From contig CAWAMW010000016.1 of assembly GCA_963783305.1 (NCBI GenBank), positions 96,001 to 160,000 of the forward strand: DNA of 64,000 bases. Direction: 5' to 3'. The notes beneath the pieces were generated by a model. The model saw nothing but the letters and a program-made list of their open reading frames with translations. It made no database searches and was not told where the DNA came from. Below are positions 17,208 through 26,247 of this stretch, piece by piece. Position 1 is the stretch's first letter. Each line of letters begins with the position of its first letter. Source of the DNA: an uncultured Gemmatimonadales bacterium. Its GTDB lineage: Bacteria > Gemmatimonadota > Gemmatimonadetes > Longimicrobiales > RSA9. A program made the translations under genes and the position numbers.

Positions 17208-17609
17208 ATGAGGAAGATCCTCATCGTGGATGACGAGCCCGCGGTGGTCAGCTATCTGGAGATGCTGCTCCAGGACCACGGCTACGCCACCGTAACCGCC
17301 GACGACGGGGAGTCGGCCATGGAGGAGGTGCGGAAGGAGCACCCGGACCTGGTGACGCTGGACATCTCCATGCCAACAGCCAGCGGGACCCGGTTCTACA
17401 AGGCGCTCAAGACGGACCCGGTGCTCGCGAGCACCCCCGTCCTGATCGTCACCGCGGTGACGGGCTACGGCGGGGACCCGTACGGCTACGAGAAATTCAT
17501 CAGCCGCAGCCGGCTCGTGCCGCCGCCGGAGGGGTTCTTCCCCAAGCCCATCGACCGCACCCGCTTCCTCGAGGAGGTGGACCGGCTCCTGCTCCACGCA
17601 GGGGTCTGA
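17208..17609 (+). CDS. Single-domain response regulator
   Basis: KILIVDDE, PDLVTLDISMP and FFPKPID. Alternative start at 17190. Confidence 0.85.
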   Translation: MRKILIVDDEPAVVSYLEMLLQDHGYATVTADDGESAMEEVRKEHPDLVTLDISMPTASGTRFYKALKTDPVLASTPVLIVTAVTGYGGDPYGYEKFISRSRLVPPPEGFFPKPIDRTRFLEEVDRLLLHAGV

Positions 17610-17623
17610 GCCCGACGCCGGGG

Positions 17624-18211
17624 TCAGTCCTCGACCCCGGTCTCCAGCTCCTCATCAGCGAACTCGACGTACACGGTCTCGCCGAACCGGCGGCCGTTCT
17701 TCTCGTCGTGCCGCATGAACTCCGGCGGGTCGATGCGGATCCGGAGCGTGTACTCGCCGTCGCCCGGGATCTGCCAGTTCCGGCCGTAGTGGAAGAGCCA
17801 CGGGTGCCAGAGGAACGGCATGGTCTCCGTGCCCACTTCCTCGCCGTGCTCGTCCAGCAGCGTGAGCTCCACGTTCAGCCCCGGGATGAAGCGGTTGTCC
17901 GCCGCGTCCCGCACGCTGATCTCGATATGGATGTTGCCCTCCGGCTCGTGCCACTCCAGCTCGCCGTCCCTGAGCCGGTACATCCCCTCCGCCTCCTCGT
18001 GGGCGATGGCGACGATGTAGTCGCCCGCGTGCTGCTGCGCGCCGGCGTCGGCCACGTTCTCCACCATGTGCTCCAGCGCCTCCACGTACGCCGAGCCCTG
18101 GGCCCGCGCCAGGTCCAGCTCTTCCGGCTCCGCCTCGTCGCTCTCCTCCATGGGCGGATCGGTCGGGCGCGTCGGGGTGCTCCAGCGGTGGTCCTGCTCC
18201 TGCTCTGACAT
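17624..18211 (-). CDS. P19/FtrA-like Fe2+/Cu-binding 'iron transporter' family protein
   Basis: EEAEGMY, HIEISVRDA.D.RFIPGL and MPFLWHPWLFHYGRNW; GAGGAG RBS before ATG 18211. Confidence 0.7.
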   Translation of the reverse strand: MSEQEQDHRWSTPTRPTDPPMEESDEAEPEELDLARAQGSAYVEALEHMVENVADAGAQQHAGDYIVAIAHEEAEGMYRLRDGELEWHEPEGNIHIEISVRDAADNRFIPGLNVELTLLDEHGEEVGTETMPFLWHPWLFHYGRNWQIPGDGEYTLRIRIDPPEFMRHDEKNGRRFGETVYVEFADEELETGVED

Positions 18212-18255
18212 CGTTCTCCTCGCTCGTTCGAACTCGCGCGTTCCCGCGTCTCGGT

Positions 18256-19215
18256 TCACACGAGCGGGCGCAGGTGCCGTGCCGCGAGCCGCAGCGCTGT
18301 GCCCCAGGGGTCGCGTACCACCACTCCCTTCCCGGACCGGTGCACCTCGTGCCCGGCGGATTCCAGGCGCCCGGACGCCGCCACCACGTCGGAGGGGGTG
18401 GGGAGGAGCAGCTCCCACTCCAGCAGCCTGGCCTCGTCCGCGCCCGCCGCCGCCGCATCGGCCGCCCACGTGTTCACCCCCAGGTGGTGGTGGTACCCGC
18501 CCGCCGAGAGGAACAACGCCCCAGGGTAGCTCCACACGACCCGGTCCAGCCCGAGCGCGTCGTGATAGAACGCCGACGCCGCCTCCAGCTCACCCACGCG
18601 CAGGTGGACGTGGCCGATCCTCGCCCCCGCCGGCATGCCGCGCCACCGCGCGTCTGCAGCGGCCCGGACCAGCGCGCCGGTGTCCAGGGGCTCCGTCGTC
18701 ATCACGATCTGTCCGTCCCGCTCCCGCCACTCGGCGCGGGGTCGGTCGGCGTAGACCTCGATGGCCAGCCCGTCCGGGTCCTGCAGGTACAGCGCCTCGC
18801 TTACCAGGTGGTCCGATGACCCCGCCGGCTCGCCCATAGCCGCCAGATGACGGACGAACGCACCCAGGCTCGTCCGGTCTGGAAGCAGCACGGCGAAATG
18901 GAACAGCCCGAGCCGTCCCTGGCGCGGCGCCCGAGCCGCCCCCGGCCGCTCGATCAGCTCGACCAGCGACGCGCTCCGAGTCGCGTCTTCGTCTGCCTCG
19001 GCCGCGCCCGCTGCCTCGGCCGCGCCCGTCTCGCCCGCACCCAGCGCGGCGCGCCCCTCACCGCGACTCAGCACCCGGAGTCCCAGGACCCGCCCGTAGT
19101 AGACGATCGATCGCTCCAGGTCCGCCACCTGGAGGCGCACGCGTCCGGGCCGCGTGGCGGCAGGGAGCCGGGCTCCCGGTGTGGGCTGTGCGATACCGCG
19201 GTCCTCGTCGGTCAT
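18256..19215 (-). CDS. VOC-family protein (CatE-like catechol 2,3-dioxygenase/glyoxalase)
   Basis: GLFHFAVLLP, SDHLVSEALYLQDPDG, IGHVHLRV and FLSAGGYHHHLGVNTW. Confidence 0.88.
   Translation of the reverse strand: MTDEDRGIAQPTPGARLPAATRPGRVRLQVADLERSIVYYGRVLGLRVLSRGEGRAALGAGETGAAEAAGAAEADEDATRSASLVELIERPGAARAPRQGRLGLFHFAVLLPDRTSLGAFVRHLAAMGEPAGSSDHLVSEALYLQDPDGLAIEVYADRPRAEWRERDGQIVMTTEPLDTGALVRAAADARWRGMPAGARIGHVHLRVGELEAASAFYHDALGLDRVVWSYPGALFLSAGGYHHHLGVNTWAADAAAAGADEARLLEWELLLPTPSDVVAASGRLESAGHEVHRSGKGVVVRDPWGTALRLAARHLRPLV
18269..18284 (-). promoter_or_regulatory. Sigma54-like -24/-12 site
   Basis: Minus strand CGGCACGGCACCTGCG, about 60 bp upstream of ATG 18211. Confidence 0.45.
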
Positions 19216-19300
19216 GATATCCTCCCCGGCCCCAGGCCATGGCGCCGGCGCGCTCCGGATGTTCGATTGAGGCGGAGCCTCATGACGACCGGAGGTGGTG

Positions 19301-19756
19301 ATGGAGCGACCAACCAGGATCGTGCTGGCCGTGCGCGTCGGCCATGCCTCCCAGGCCCCCGCCCGGAAGGCGGCCTGGCTCGCCGAGCGGCTGGGAGCGG
19401 AACTGACGCTCGTCTACGTCTCACCCGAGCTCCGGACCGTCGCGGAGGTGGCGGTCGGCGCCGGGATCGACGAGGCGGACGTGCGCGCGGGCATGATCCG
19501 GCAGGCCACCGCTCGCGCCCGCACATGGGGTGACGAGGCACTCCGCGGCATGCCGTTCGATGTGGTGATCGAGGACGGTGTGGTGGCGAAGCGGATTGCC
19601 GCGGTGGCGGCGGAGCTCGAGGCCGACCTCATCGTCGCCGGGAGCGAGGCACACGGCGCTCTCCATGGCATGATCCTCGGCGACACGACGCGCGCGATCC
19701 TGCGCTGCACGCCGTGCCCCGTGGTCGTGGTACCGCCGCTGCCCGAGCGCGACTGA
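19301..19756 (+). CDS. Universal stress protein (UspA family)
   Basis: RIVLAV...ADLIVAGS...ILGDTTRAILRCTPCPVVVVP. Confidence 0.85.
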   Translation: MERPTRIVLAVRVGHASQAPARKAAWLAERLGAELTLVYVSPELRTVAEVAVGAGIDEADVRAGMIRQATARARTWGDEALRGMPFDVVIEDGVVAKRIAAVAAELEADLIVAGSEAHGALHGMILGDTTRAILRCTPCPVVVVPPLPERD

Positions 19757-19798
19757 CTCCCGCGAGCGACCCTCCTCCCGCGAGCGACCTTCTCGTCG

Positions 19799-20386
19799 TC
19801 AGCCGCCCTGGCCGATCGTCGCCGCCAGCTCCGCGTCCAGCGCACGCGCCCGCTCGATCAGCGTCCCAACCTCAGGATCGATCTCCTCCATCCTCTCGAG
19901 GAGCGTCGCCTCGAACGCCTCCACGCGCGGCGCGATGGCCGGACTCTCCAGTACGGCCGCCTGCGTCGCCTGGAGCTGCTGTTCGATGGCCCGCGCCTCC
20001 ATGACGATCTCCGTCATCGCTTGCTCGTCCTGCGACGACTGGGCCGCCTGACCCCGCTCCATCAACGCCTCCAGGCGCTCCATCCGCTCCGGCGTCTCCG
20101 GGTCCACCTCCACCATGGCCGCCTGGATGTCCTCGCTCAGCGACTCCTGCAACGCCTGCACTTCCGCGTCCTGCATCGCCTGCTGGTGCACCGGCTGGAG
20201 ACGCGCCTGGATCGTTTGAAGCTCCGCCACCTTCGCCCGTGCTTCCGGCGGCAGCTGCATCGGGGCCGCCTCTGGCGCGGGCGCGCTCTGGGGGGCGGGC
20301 GACTCCTGCGCCACGAGCGCCCCCGGCGCCAGCACGAGCAGGGCGGGGATGAGAACGGTCTGGACAAGGCTCTTCTTCACGGACAT
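19799..20386 (-). CDS. Exported helical hypothetical protein
   Basis: Sec signal (KKSLVQTVLIPALLVLAPGALVA-Q) followed by a Gln/Glu/Ala-rich helical body. Confidence 0.65.
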   Translation of the reverse strand: MSVKKSLVQTVLIPALLVLAPGALVAQESPAPQSAPAPEAAPMQLPPEARAKVAELQTIQARLQPVHQQAMQDAEVQALQESLSEDIQAAMVEVDPETPERMERLEALMERGQAAQSSQDEQAMTEIVMEARAIEQQLQATQAAVLESPAIAPRVEAFEATLLERMEEIDPEVGTLIERARALDAELAATIGQGG

Positions 20387-20603
20387 CTCCTGCGGCGTTG
20401 GTTCCGAGCCGCGCCTCCCGCGGCCCGGCTGCTCTTCCTCGAACCCCGCCGGCGCCCCGCTGTTCCGATCGCCGGCCCCCCACCCGCGGACGCATGGCGC
20501 GGAGCAGCGGTCCCTCCCATCCTCCTGTCCGTGCTCCGTGTTCTGGGATCCGCGTTCCGTATTCCGTATCTTGTGCTGGAGCACCCCTCGATCCCCGAAT
20601 GCC

Positions 20604-22256
20604 ATGTACGACTCCGACGTGATCATCGTGGGCGCCGGCCTCGCCGGGCTCGCAGCCGCCGTGGAGCTGACGGACGCCGGTCGGCGCGTGGTGGTGGTCG
20701 ACCAGGAGCCGGAACAGGCGCTGGGCGGACAGGCCTTCTGGTCCTTCGGTGGCCTCTTCCTCGTGGATTCTCCCGAGCAGCGCCGGATGGGCATCCGCGA
20801 CTCCCTCGACCTCGCCTGGCAGGACTGGCGCGGAACGGCGGCGTTCGACCGCCCCGAGGACGTCTGGCCGCGCCGCTGGGCACGGGCGTACGTGGAGTTC
20901 GCGGCGGGTGAGAAGCGCGCCTGGCTCAGGGAGATGGGGGTCCGTTTCTTCCCGGTGGTGGGATGGGCCGAGCGCGGCGGTCACCTGGCGACGGGGCACG
21001 GCAACTCGGTGCCACGATTCCACATCGTCTGGGGGACGGGGCCCGGACTCCTGGAGCCCTTCGTGGATCGCGCCCGGCGCGCCGAAGCCGACGGGCTACT
21101 GACCTTTCGCTTCCGCCACCGCGTCACCGGTCTGGAGACCACCGACGGCGTGGTCGACGGCGTCACCGGCGATGTCCTGGCGCCGTCGGACGCACCCCGC
21201 GGGATGGCCAGTTCTCGTGAGGTGGTCGAGCCGTTCCTCCTGCGAGCGGGCGCGGTCGTGGTCACCTCCGGCGGGATCGGCGCCAATTTCGACCTGGTCC
21301 GAAGGAACTGGCCCGAGCGCATGGGCCCGCCCCCCTCGCGCCTGCTCGCCGGTGTCCCCGACCACGTGGACGGACGGATGCTCGCCGTGGCCGCCGCCGC
21401 CGGCGGCCGGGTCATCAACCCCGACCGCATGTGGCACTACACAGAAGGTGTGGAGAACTGGAGCCCCATCTGGAGCCGCCACGGCATCCGCATTCTCCCG
21501 GGCCCCTCCTCGATCTGGCTCGATGCCACCGGCGGACGACTCCCCGTCCCGTGCCTCCCCGGCTTCGACACGCTCGGCACGCTCGAGCACATCATGCGCA
21601 CCGGCCACCACTATTCGTGGTTCGTGCTGAACCAGCGCATCATCGAGAAGGAGTTCGCCCTCTCCGGCTCCGAGCAGAACCCCGACCTCACCGGCCGCTC
21701 CATCATGGGTGTCCTCTCTCGCCTGAGGCCGGGAGCCCCGGCACCCGTCGAAGCGTTCAAGGAGAAGGGTCCGGATTTCGTCGTCGCCGCCGACCTCGAG
21801 ACCCTCGTCGCGGGCATGAACGGCATCACCGACGAGCCGCTCCTCGACCTCGAGCGCGTCCGCCACGAGGTCGAAGCCCGTGACCGCGACCTCGACAACC
21901 CGTTCGGCAAGGACCTCCAGATCGCCGCCATCCGCTCCGCGCGCGGCTACCGCGGCGACCGGCTCATCCGCGTCGCGCCACCCCACCGGATCCTGGACCC
22001 GAAGGCGGGCCCACTCATCGGCGTCCGGCTGAACATCCTCACCCGCAAGACCCTCGGCGGCCTCGAGACCGACCTGTCCGCCCGTGTGCTCCGCGACGGC
22101 TCCGACCCCGTGCCCGGCCTCTGGGCCGCCGGCGAGGTGGCGGGTTTCGGCGGCGGTGGCATGCACGGGTATCGCTCCCTCGAGGGCAGTTTCCTCGGAG
22201 GGTGCCTCTTTTCCGGTCGCACGGCCGGCCGGGCGCTCGCGCGCGAGCTGACATAG
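20604..22256 (+). CDS. FAD-binding dehydrogenase (COG3573-like, fumarate reductase/KstD flavoprotein superfamily)
   Basis: DVIIVGAGLAGL, GGQAFWSFGGLF, HGNSVPRFH and GEVAGFGGGGMHGYRSLEGSFLGGCLFSGR. Confidence 0.9.
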   Translation: MYDSDVIIVGAGLAGLAAAVELTDAGRRVVVVDQEPEQALGGQAFWSFGGLFLVDSPEQRRMGIRDSLDLAWQDWRGTAAFDRPEDVWPRRWARAYVEFAAGEKRAWLREMGVRFFPVVGWAERGGHLATGHGNSVPRFHIVWGTGPGLLEPFVDRARRAEADGLLTFRFRHRVTGLETTDGVVDGVTGDVLAPSDAPRGMASSREVVEPFLLRAGAVVVTSGGIGANFDLVRRNWPERMGPPPSRLLAGVPDHVDGRMLAVAAAAGGRVINPDRMWHYTEGVENWSPIWSRHGIRILPGPSSIWLDATGGRLPVPCLPGFDTLGTLEHIMRTGHHYSWFVLNQRIIEKEFALSGSEQNPDLTGRSIMGVLSRLRPGAPAPVEAFKEKGPDFVVAADLETLVAGMNGITDEPLLDLERVRHEVEARDRDLDNPFGKDLQIAAIRSARGYRGDRLIRVAPPHRILDPKAGPLIGVRLNILTRKTLGGLETDLSARVLRDGSDPVPGLWAAGEVAGFGGGGMHGYRSLEGSFLGGCLFSGRTAGRALARELT

Positions 22257-22303
22257 GGACCGCTGGTTCGGGACCCCACGCGGGACCCGGCACGAGTTAA
22301 GGC

Positions 22304-22319
22304 TGGCGTAGCGGTTGCA
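22304..22319 (+). promoter_or_regulatory. Sigma54 -24/-12 promoter
   Basis: TGGCGTAGCGGTTGCA, 50 bp before the Csp3-like ATG. Confidence 0.65.
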
Positions 22320-22369
22320 GGTGGGGAACCGCGCACGACGAACCCGAGCCCACAACGGAGGAAACACCC

Positions 22370-22771
22370 ATGGATCGCCTGAAGAAGATGTTCCAGTCGC
22401 ACCCCAACCCCGCCAGCGACGCCGGCGATGCGGCGTTCGCGCTGGTCACCGCCGCCGCGGAGTGCGCCTACGTCTGCACCACCTGCGCCAATGCGTGCAC
22501 CGAGGAGGACGATCCTTCCAGGCTGAGCGCGTGCATCCGCACGAACCTCGACTGCGCCGACATCTCGCACACCACCGCGCGGCTGATCTCGCGACCGGGT
22601 GAGCAGGAGCCGGCGCTGCTCCGCGCCCAGCTCGACGCCTGCGCCACCGCCTGCCGCGCCTGCGCCGACGAGTGCGACAAGCACGATCACGAACACTGCC
22701 GGATCTGCGCCGAGTCGTGCCGCGCCTGCGCCGACGCGTGCGACGCCATGAAGAAGGCGCTGGTCGCCTGA
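22370..22771 (+). CDS. Four-helix-bundle copper storage protein (Csp3/DUF326)
   Basis: 15 Cys in CxxxCxxC repeats, HDHEHC motif, no signal peptide, GGAGG RBS. Confidence 0.88.
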   Translation: MDRLKKMFQSHPNPASDAGDAAFALVTAAAECAYVCTTCANACTEEDDPSRLSACIRTNLDCADISHTTARLISRPGEQEPALLRAQLDACATACRACADECDKHDHEHCRICAESCRACADACDAMKKALVA

Positions 22772-22821
22772 CACCGGGGGCATCCGCCGGAGGGGCCGCG
22801 GGCGCGGTGGAGCGGTAGTGG

Positions 22822-25557
22822 CTACCCGGCGGTGTCGCCGTCCATGTCGTCCATCTGCTCCACCGCCCGCTGCAGGCTCCGGATCGCGTCTTCGAGCGTC
22901 CGGCGCAGCGCACGCACGGCCTCCGCGCCGCGGCTCGCGGGGGCCGTCTGTACGGTCTCGAGCTCGGCCGGGAGCTCCACGGGCGGGAGCTCGCCCACCA
23001 GCGCGCCCACCGACGATTCCATGGTCCCGTGCATCACCACCTTCGACGCGTCGGCCAGGATGATGCGCCGGAGCTCCGGGAACTCGAGGCTCTCGGGTCG
23101 CAGGAACACCGGCTCGGCGTAGAGGAGCGACTCGCCCACGGGCACCACCAGCAGGATCCCCCGCATGACCTCGGAGCCACCCTGTCCCCAGAGCGTGAAC
23201 TGCTCGGAGATGACGGCGTCGTTGTCGATCCGCGCTTCCACCTGCCCCGGCCCGTCCACGTGGCGGCCGGAGGGGAACCGGAAGAGCACCCGCTCACCGT
23301 AGCGCTCGCCGTCGTTCCGGGCGGCGATCCAGCCCACGAGGTTGTGTCGGTTGTTGGGCGTGAACGGCTGGATCAGCAGGAATTCCTCCTTTGCCTCGCC
23401 CGGCAGCCGCGCCACGATGTAGTAGGGGCGGAGCGGCTGGGCGCGCCCGAACGATGATTGCACCGGCACGGACCACTGGTCCTCCTTGTTGTAGAAGACC
23501 ACCGGGTCGCGCATGTGGTACTGCAGCAGCATCTGGCTCTGGACGGTGAACTGGTCCAGCGGGACCCGCACGTGGGCCCGCAGGTAGTCGGGCAGCTCGT
23601 CGGCCGACTTGAACAGGTCCGGGAACGTGCGCTGGTAGGCCAGGACCAGAGGGTCGGAGTCGTCGAAGACGTAGAAGTTGATGCTCCCGTTGTACGCGTC
23701 CACCACCGCCTTCACGCTGTTCCGTATGTAGTTGAAGCGGCCGCTCCAGGGCGTGGAGTAGGGGTACCGGTCCGTGACGGTGTAGGCGTCCTGGATCCAG
23801 AAGAGCCGGCCGGCCGCCACCACCGCATACGCCTCCCGGTCCCGTAGCAGGAAAGGGGCGATCGTCGAGAAGCGCTCAGGGATCACTCGCCGGTACTGGA
23901 TCCGGCTGTCGTCGTTGATCTCGCCGGAGATCAGAATGTTCAGGTCTCTGAACTTCCAAGCGTACATCAGGCGCCGGAAGAACGACGACAGCTCCACGCC
24001 ACCGTCCCCGGCGTAATTGGTGTACACCGGCCCGTCCCCACCCGGGTAGTTGAACTCCTGCATCCCGCTCCGGGCAATGACGTAGTCCAGGCTCTTGAGC
24101 CCGTAATAGACCTCCGGCCGGTCGAGCGGGATCTTGCCCCGGGGCGGCACGTCGCTGATGAAGAAGGTGGGCCGACCGCCGGACTCCACCTCGGTGACGG
24201 GGCTCATGGCCACACCGTAGCCGTGGGTGAACTGAAGCTGCCGGTTCACCCACCGTTGCGCTTCCTCCGGCAGCTTCTCCGCCGACAGCTCGCGCGTGGC
24301 GAGCATGACCTGCCGCAGCTGGCCGTCCACCACGTACCGGTCGGTGTGGACGGCGCGGAAATCGTAGTAGAGCCGGAAGAACTGGATCTGGTTGTAGCTC
24401 TGGAGCAGCGGTGTCTCATCCCAGAGCCGCACGTTCTGGATGGTGCCCTGGTTCTCGGCCACCGTCTGCGCATCCACATCGCCCCGCGCCGGGTGACTCT
24501 GCGACCGGATGTCCTCCAGCCCGAACGCCTGTCGCGTGTACTGGATGTTGTTCGCCAGGTATTCGCGCTCCACCGCCAGCTCGCTCGGCTCCACCCGCAG
24601 CCGCTGGAAGAGCGTAGGGGCGGCGCCGCCCACCAGGAGCGTCATGGCGAGCCACACGGCCACGGGCGCCACCAGACGCCGTGTGCCCCGGGCGTAGAGC
24701 CCCGCCGCGGCCAGCGCCGCGGCCGCCAGCACCGCGATGACCGTGAGCAGCGCCCGGCCAGGCAGGTTGATGACGCTGTCGGTGTGACCCACGCCGAAGA
24801 CCGCGCCGGTGGGCGAGTAGAGCAGCTCGTAGCGACCCAGCCAGTGGCCGGCGGCAATGATGAGGAAGAGCCCGGCGCCGAGGAGCGACAGCTGGACCCG
24901 CGCCGGCCGCGCGAAGGTGAAGTGATCGACCCGGATACGGCTGGTGAGGTAATAGAACGCGGCGACGATGGCCATCACCCCGATCACGGCGGCGAGCAGC
25001 CAGAGCCGGAGCAGCTCGAGGGCAGGGAGCGTGAAGATGAAGAAGCCGAAGTCCAGGCCGAAGATCGGGTCCGTCTGTCCGAAGGGGACGCGGTTGAGGA
25101 ACAGGAGCACCGTCTCCCACTCGGCCGCCGGGTGCGACGCGAGCACCAGCGCCGCCAGGACCGTAACGCCCGCGGCCACACGGCCGAGGAGCTTCCGGAT
25201 GAACCTGTAGTCGTCCCAGGACAGCCCGTCCGGGAGCGCAACCGTCCCCCGCGTGGCCCGCCAGGCGTAGTACACGTTCGGCGCAGCCAGGGCCAGGAAT
25301 ACGACCAGACCCACCAGATAGAGGACCAGCCGGGTGACGGTCGTCGTGACGAGTACCCCCTCCTGCTCCACGCCGCTGAACCAGAGCCAGTCGGTGTAGA
25401 ACGAGTGGGCCCAGCGGAGTCCGAGCCAGAGCAGGACGAGCCCCAGCGCCCAGAGGACGAGCCGCACCAGCCGATCGACCCGCACCAGGTCGAGGTCCTG
25501 CAGCCGGAATGACTGCGGCTCACCCCTCGGGTTCACCGGCCCTGGAAAATCCGCCAT
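22822..25557 (-). CDS. UPF0182-family membrane protein
   Basis: YTDWLWF, FGQTDPIFGLDFGFFIFTLP, NVRLWD, FTHGYG and FNYIRNSVKAVVDAYNG. Confidence 0.92.
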   Translation of the reverse strand: MADFPGPVNPRGEPQSFRLQDLDLVRVDRLVRLVLWALGLVLLWLGLRWAHSFYTDWLWFSGVEQEGVLVTTTVTRLVLYLVGLVVFLALAAPNVYYAWRATRGTVALPDGLSWDDYRFIRKLLGRVAAGVTVLAALVLASHPAAEWETVLLFLNRVPFGQTDPIFGLDFGFFIFTLPALELLRLWLLAAVIGVMAIVAAFYYLTSRIRVDHFTFARPARVQLSLLGAGLFLIIAAGHWLGRYELLYSPTGAVFGVGHTDSVINLPGRALLTVIAVLAAAALAAAGLYARGTRRLVAPVAVWLAMTLLVGGAAPTLFQRLRVEPSELAVEREYLANNIQYTRQAFGLEDIRSQSHPARGDVDAQTVAENQGTIQNVRLWDETPLLQSYNQIQFFRLYYDFRAVHTDRYVVDGQLRQVMLATRELSAEKLPEEAQRWVNRQLQFTHGYGVAMSPVTEVESGGRPTFFISDVPPRGKIPLDRPEVYYGLKSLDYVIARSGMQEFNYPGGDGPVYTNYAGDGGVELSSFFRRLMYAWKFRDLNILISGEINDDSRIQYRRVIPERFSTIAPFLLRDREAYAVVAAGRLFWIQDAYTVTDRYPYSTPWSGRFNYIRNSVKAVVDAYNGSINFYVFDDSDPLVLAYQRTFPDLFKSADELPDYLRAHVRVPLDQFTVQSQMLLQYHMRDPVVFYNKEDQWSVPVQSSFGRAQPLRPYYIVARLPGEAKEEFLLIQPFTPNNRHNLVGWIAARNDGERYGERVLFRFPSGRHVDGPGQVEARIDNDAVISEQFTLWGQGGSEVMRGILLVVPVGESLLYAEPVFLRPESLEFPELRRIILADASKVVMHGTMESSVGALVGELPPVELPAELETVQTAPASRGAEAVRALRRTLEDAIRSLQRAVEQMDDMDGDTAG

Positions 25558-25672
25558 GACAATCACCTCTTCTCTGACACGAGATTTCCCGCAACGTAAC
25601 CCCGGCGCGTGCGCCGGGGCGAGGCGCCGGTCGCGGCGGGGGTGTGCATGGGATTTGCAATCGCCGCTCGCC

Positions 25673-26245
25673 ATGATCGACCTGCGAACACCCGACCCGC
25701 GCACGGCCCGACACGCACACGGCCTCCGACACGTTGCGGCCGCGATCCTCGTCCTCGCCGCTATGGGCGCCAGCACGCCCGCCTCGGCCCAGGACAAGGC
25801 CACCGGAAGCGCTCTCGCCGCAGCCGGCGGCGGGGTCGTCGGGCTCGTTGCCGGCGCGTACACCAACCTGGCCATCGTGGTGCTCAAGACCCGCTACGGT
25901 CACTATCAGCACTCGTTCAGGGACGCGTTCGGCTGGGAGTCCGCGCCCATCCTCATCGGCGGCGCCGCCGGCGTGACCATAGGGCTCGCCGACCGCAACC
26001 TCGTGATCCCCTGGATCATCGGTGGGAGCGCCGGCTTCGCGGTGGGCGCCGGGCTCGGCATCCTCTACGGCGAGATGGCCTGGGGCGACTCGGAGAGCCG
26101 CTGGGCCAACGCCGCCGTGGGCGCGGCCATCGGCATGGTCATCGGCAGTACCGTCGCCCTCGCCCACGACTGGAATAAGGGCGAGAGTGCCGCGCCCTCC
26201 GACGCCGCGGCCGTGCGCGTCCCGCTCCTCACACTGGGATTCTGA
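25673..26245 (+). CDS. Gly-rich membrane/exported hypothetical protein
   Basis: Signal-like segment ending ASAQ followed by glycine-zipper hydrophobic helices. Confidence 0.6.
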   Translation: MIDLRTPDPRTARHAHGLRHVAAAILVLAAMGASTPASAQDKATGSALAAAGGGVVGLVAGAYTNLAIVVLKTRYGHYQHSFRDAFGWESAPILIGGAAGVTIGLADRNLVIPWIIGGSAGFAVGAGLGILYGEMAWGDSESRWANAAVGAAIGMVIGSTVALAHDWNKGESAAPSDAAAVRVPLLTLGF

Positions 26246-26247
26246 CG

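Noticed and set aside
19758..20575. Short intergenic repeats (CTCCCGCGAGCGACC x2 at ~19758; degenerate TCCGTRY heptamers at ~20528-20575, similar at ~33020)
   Set aside because: Simple slippage-type repeats with no supportable function.
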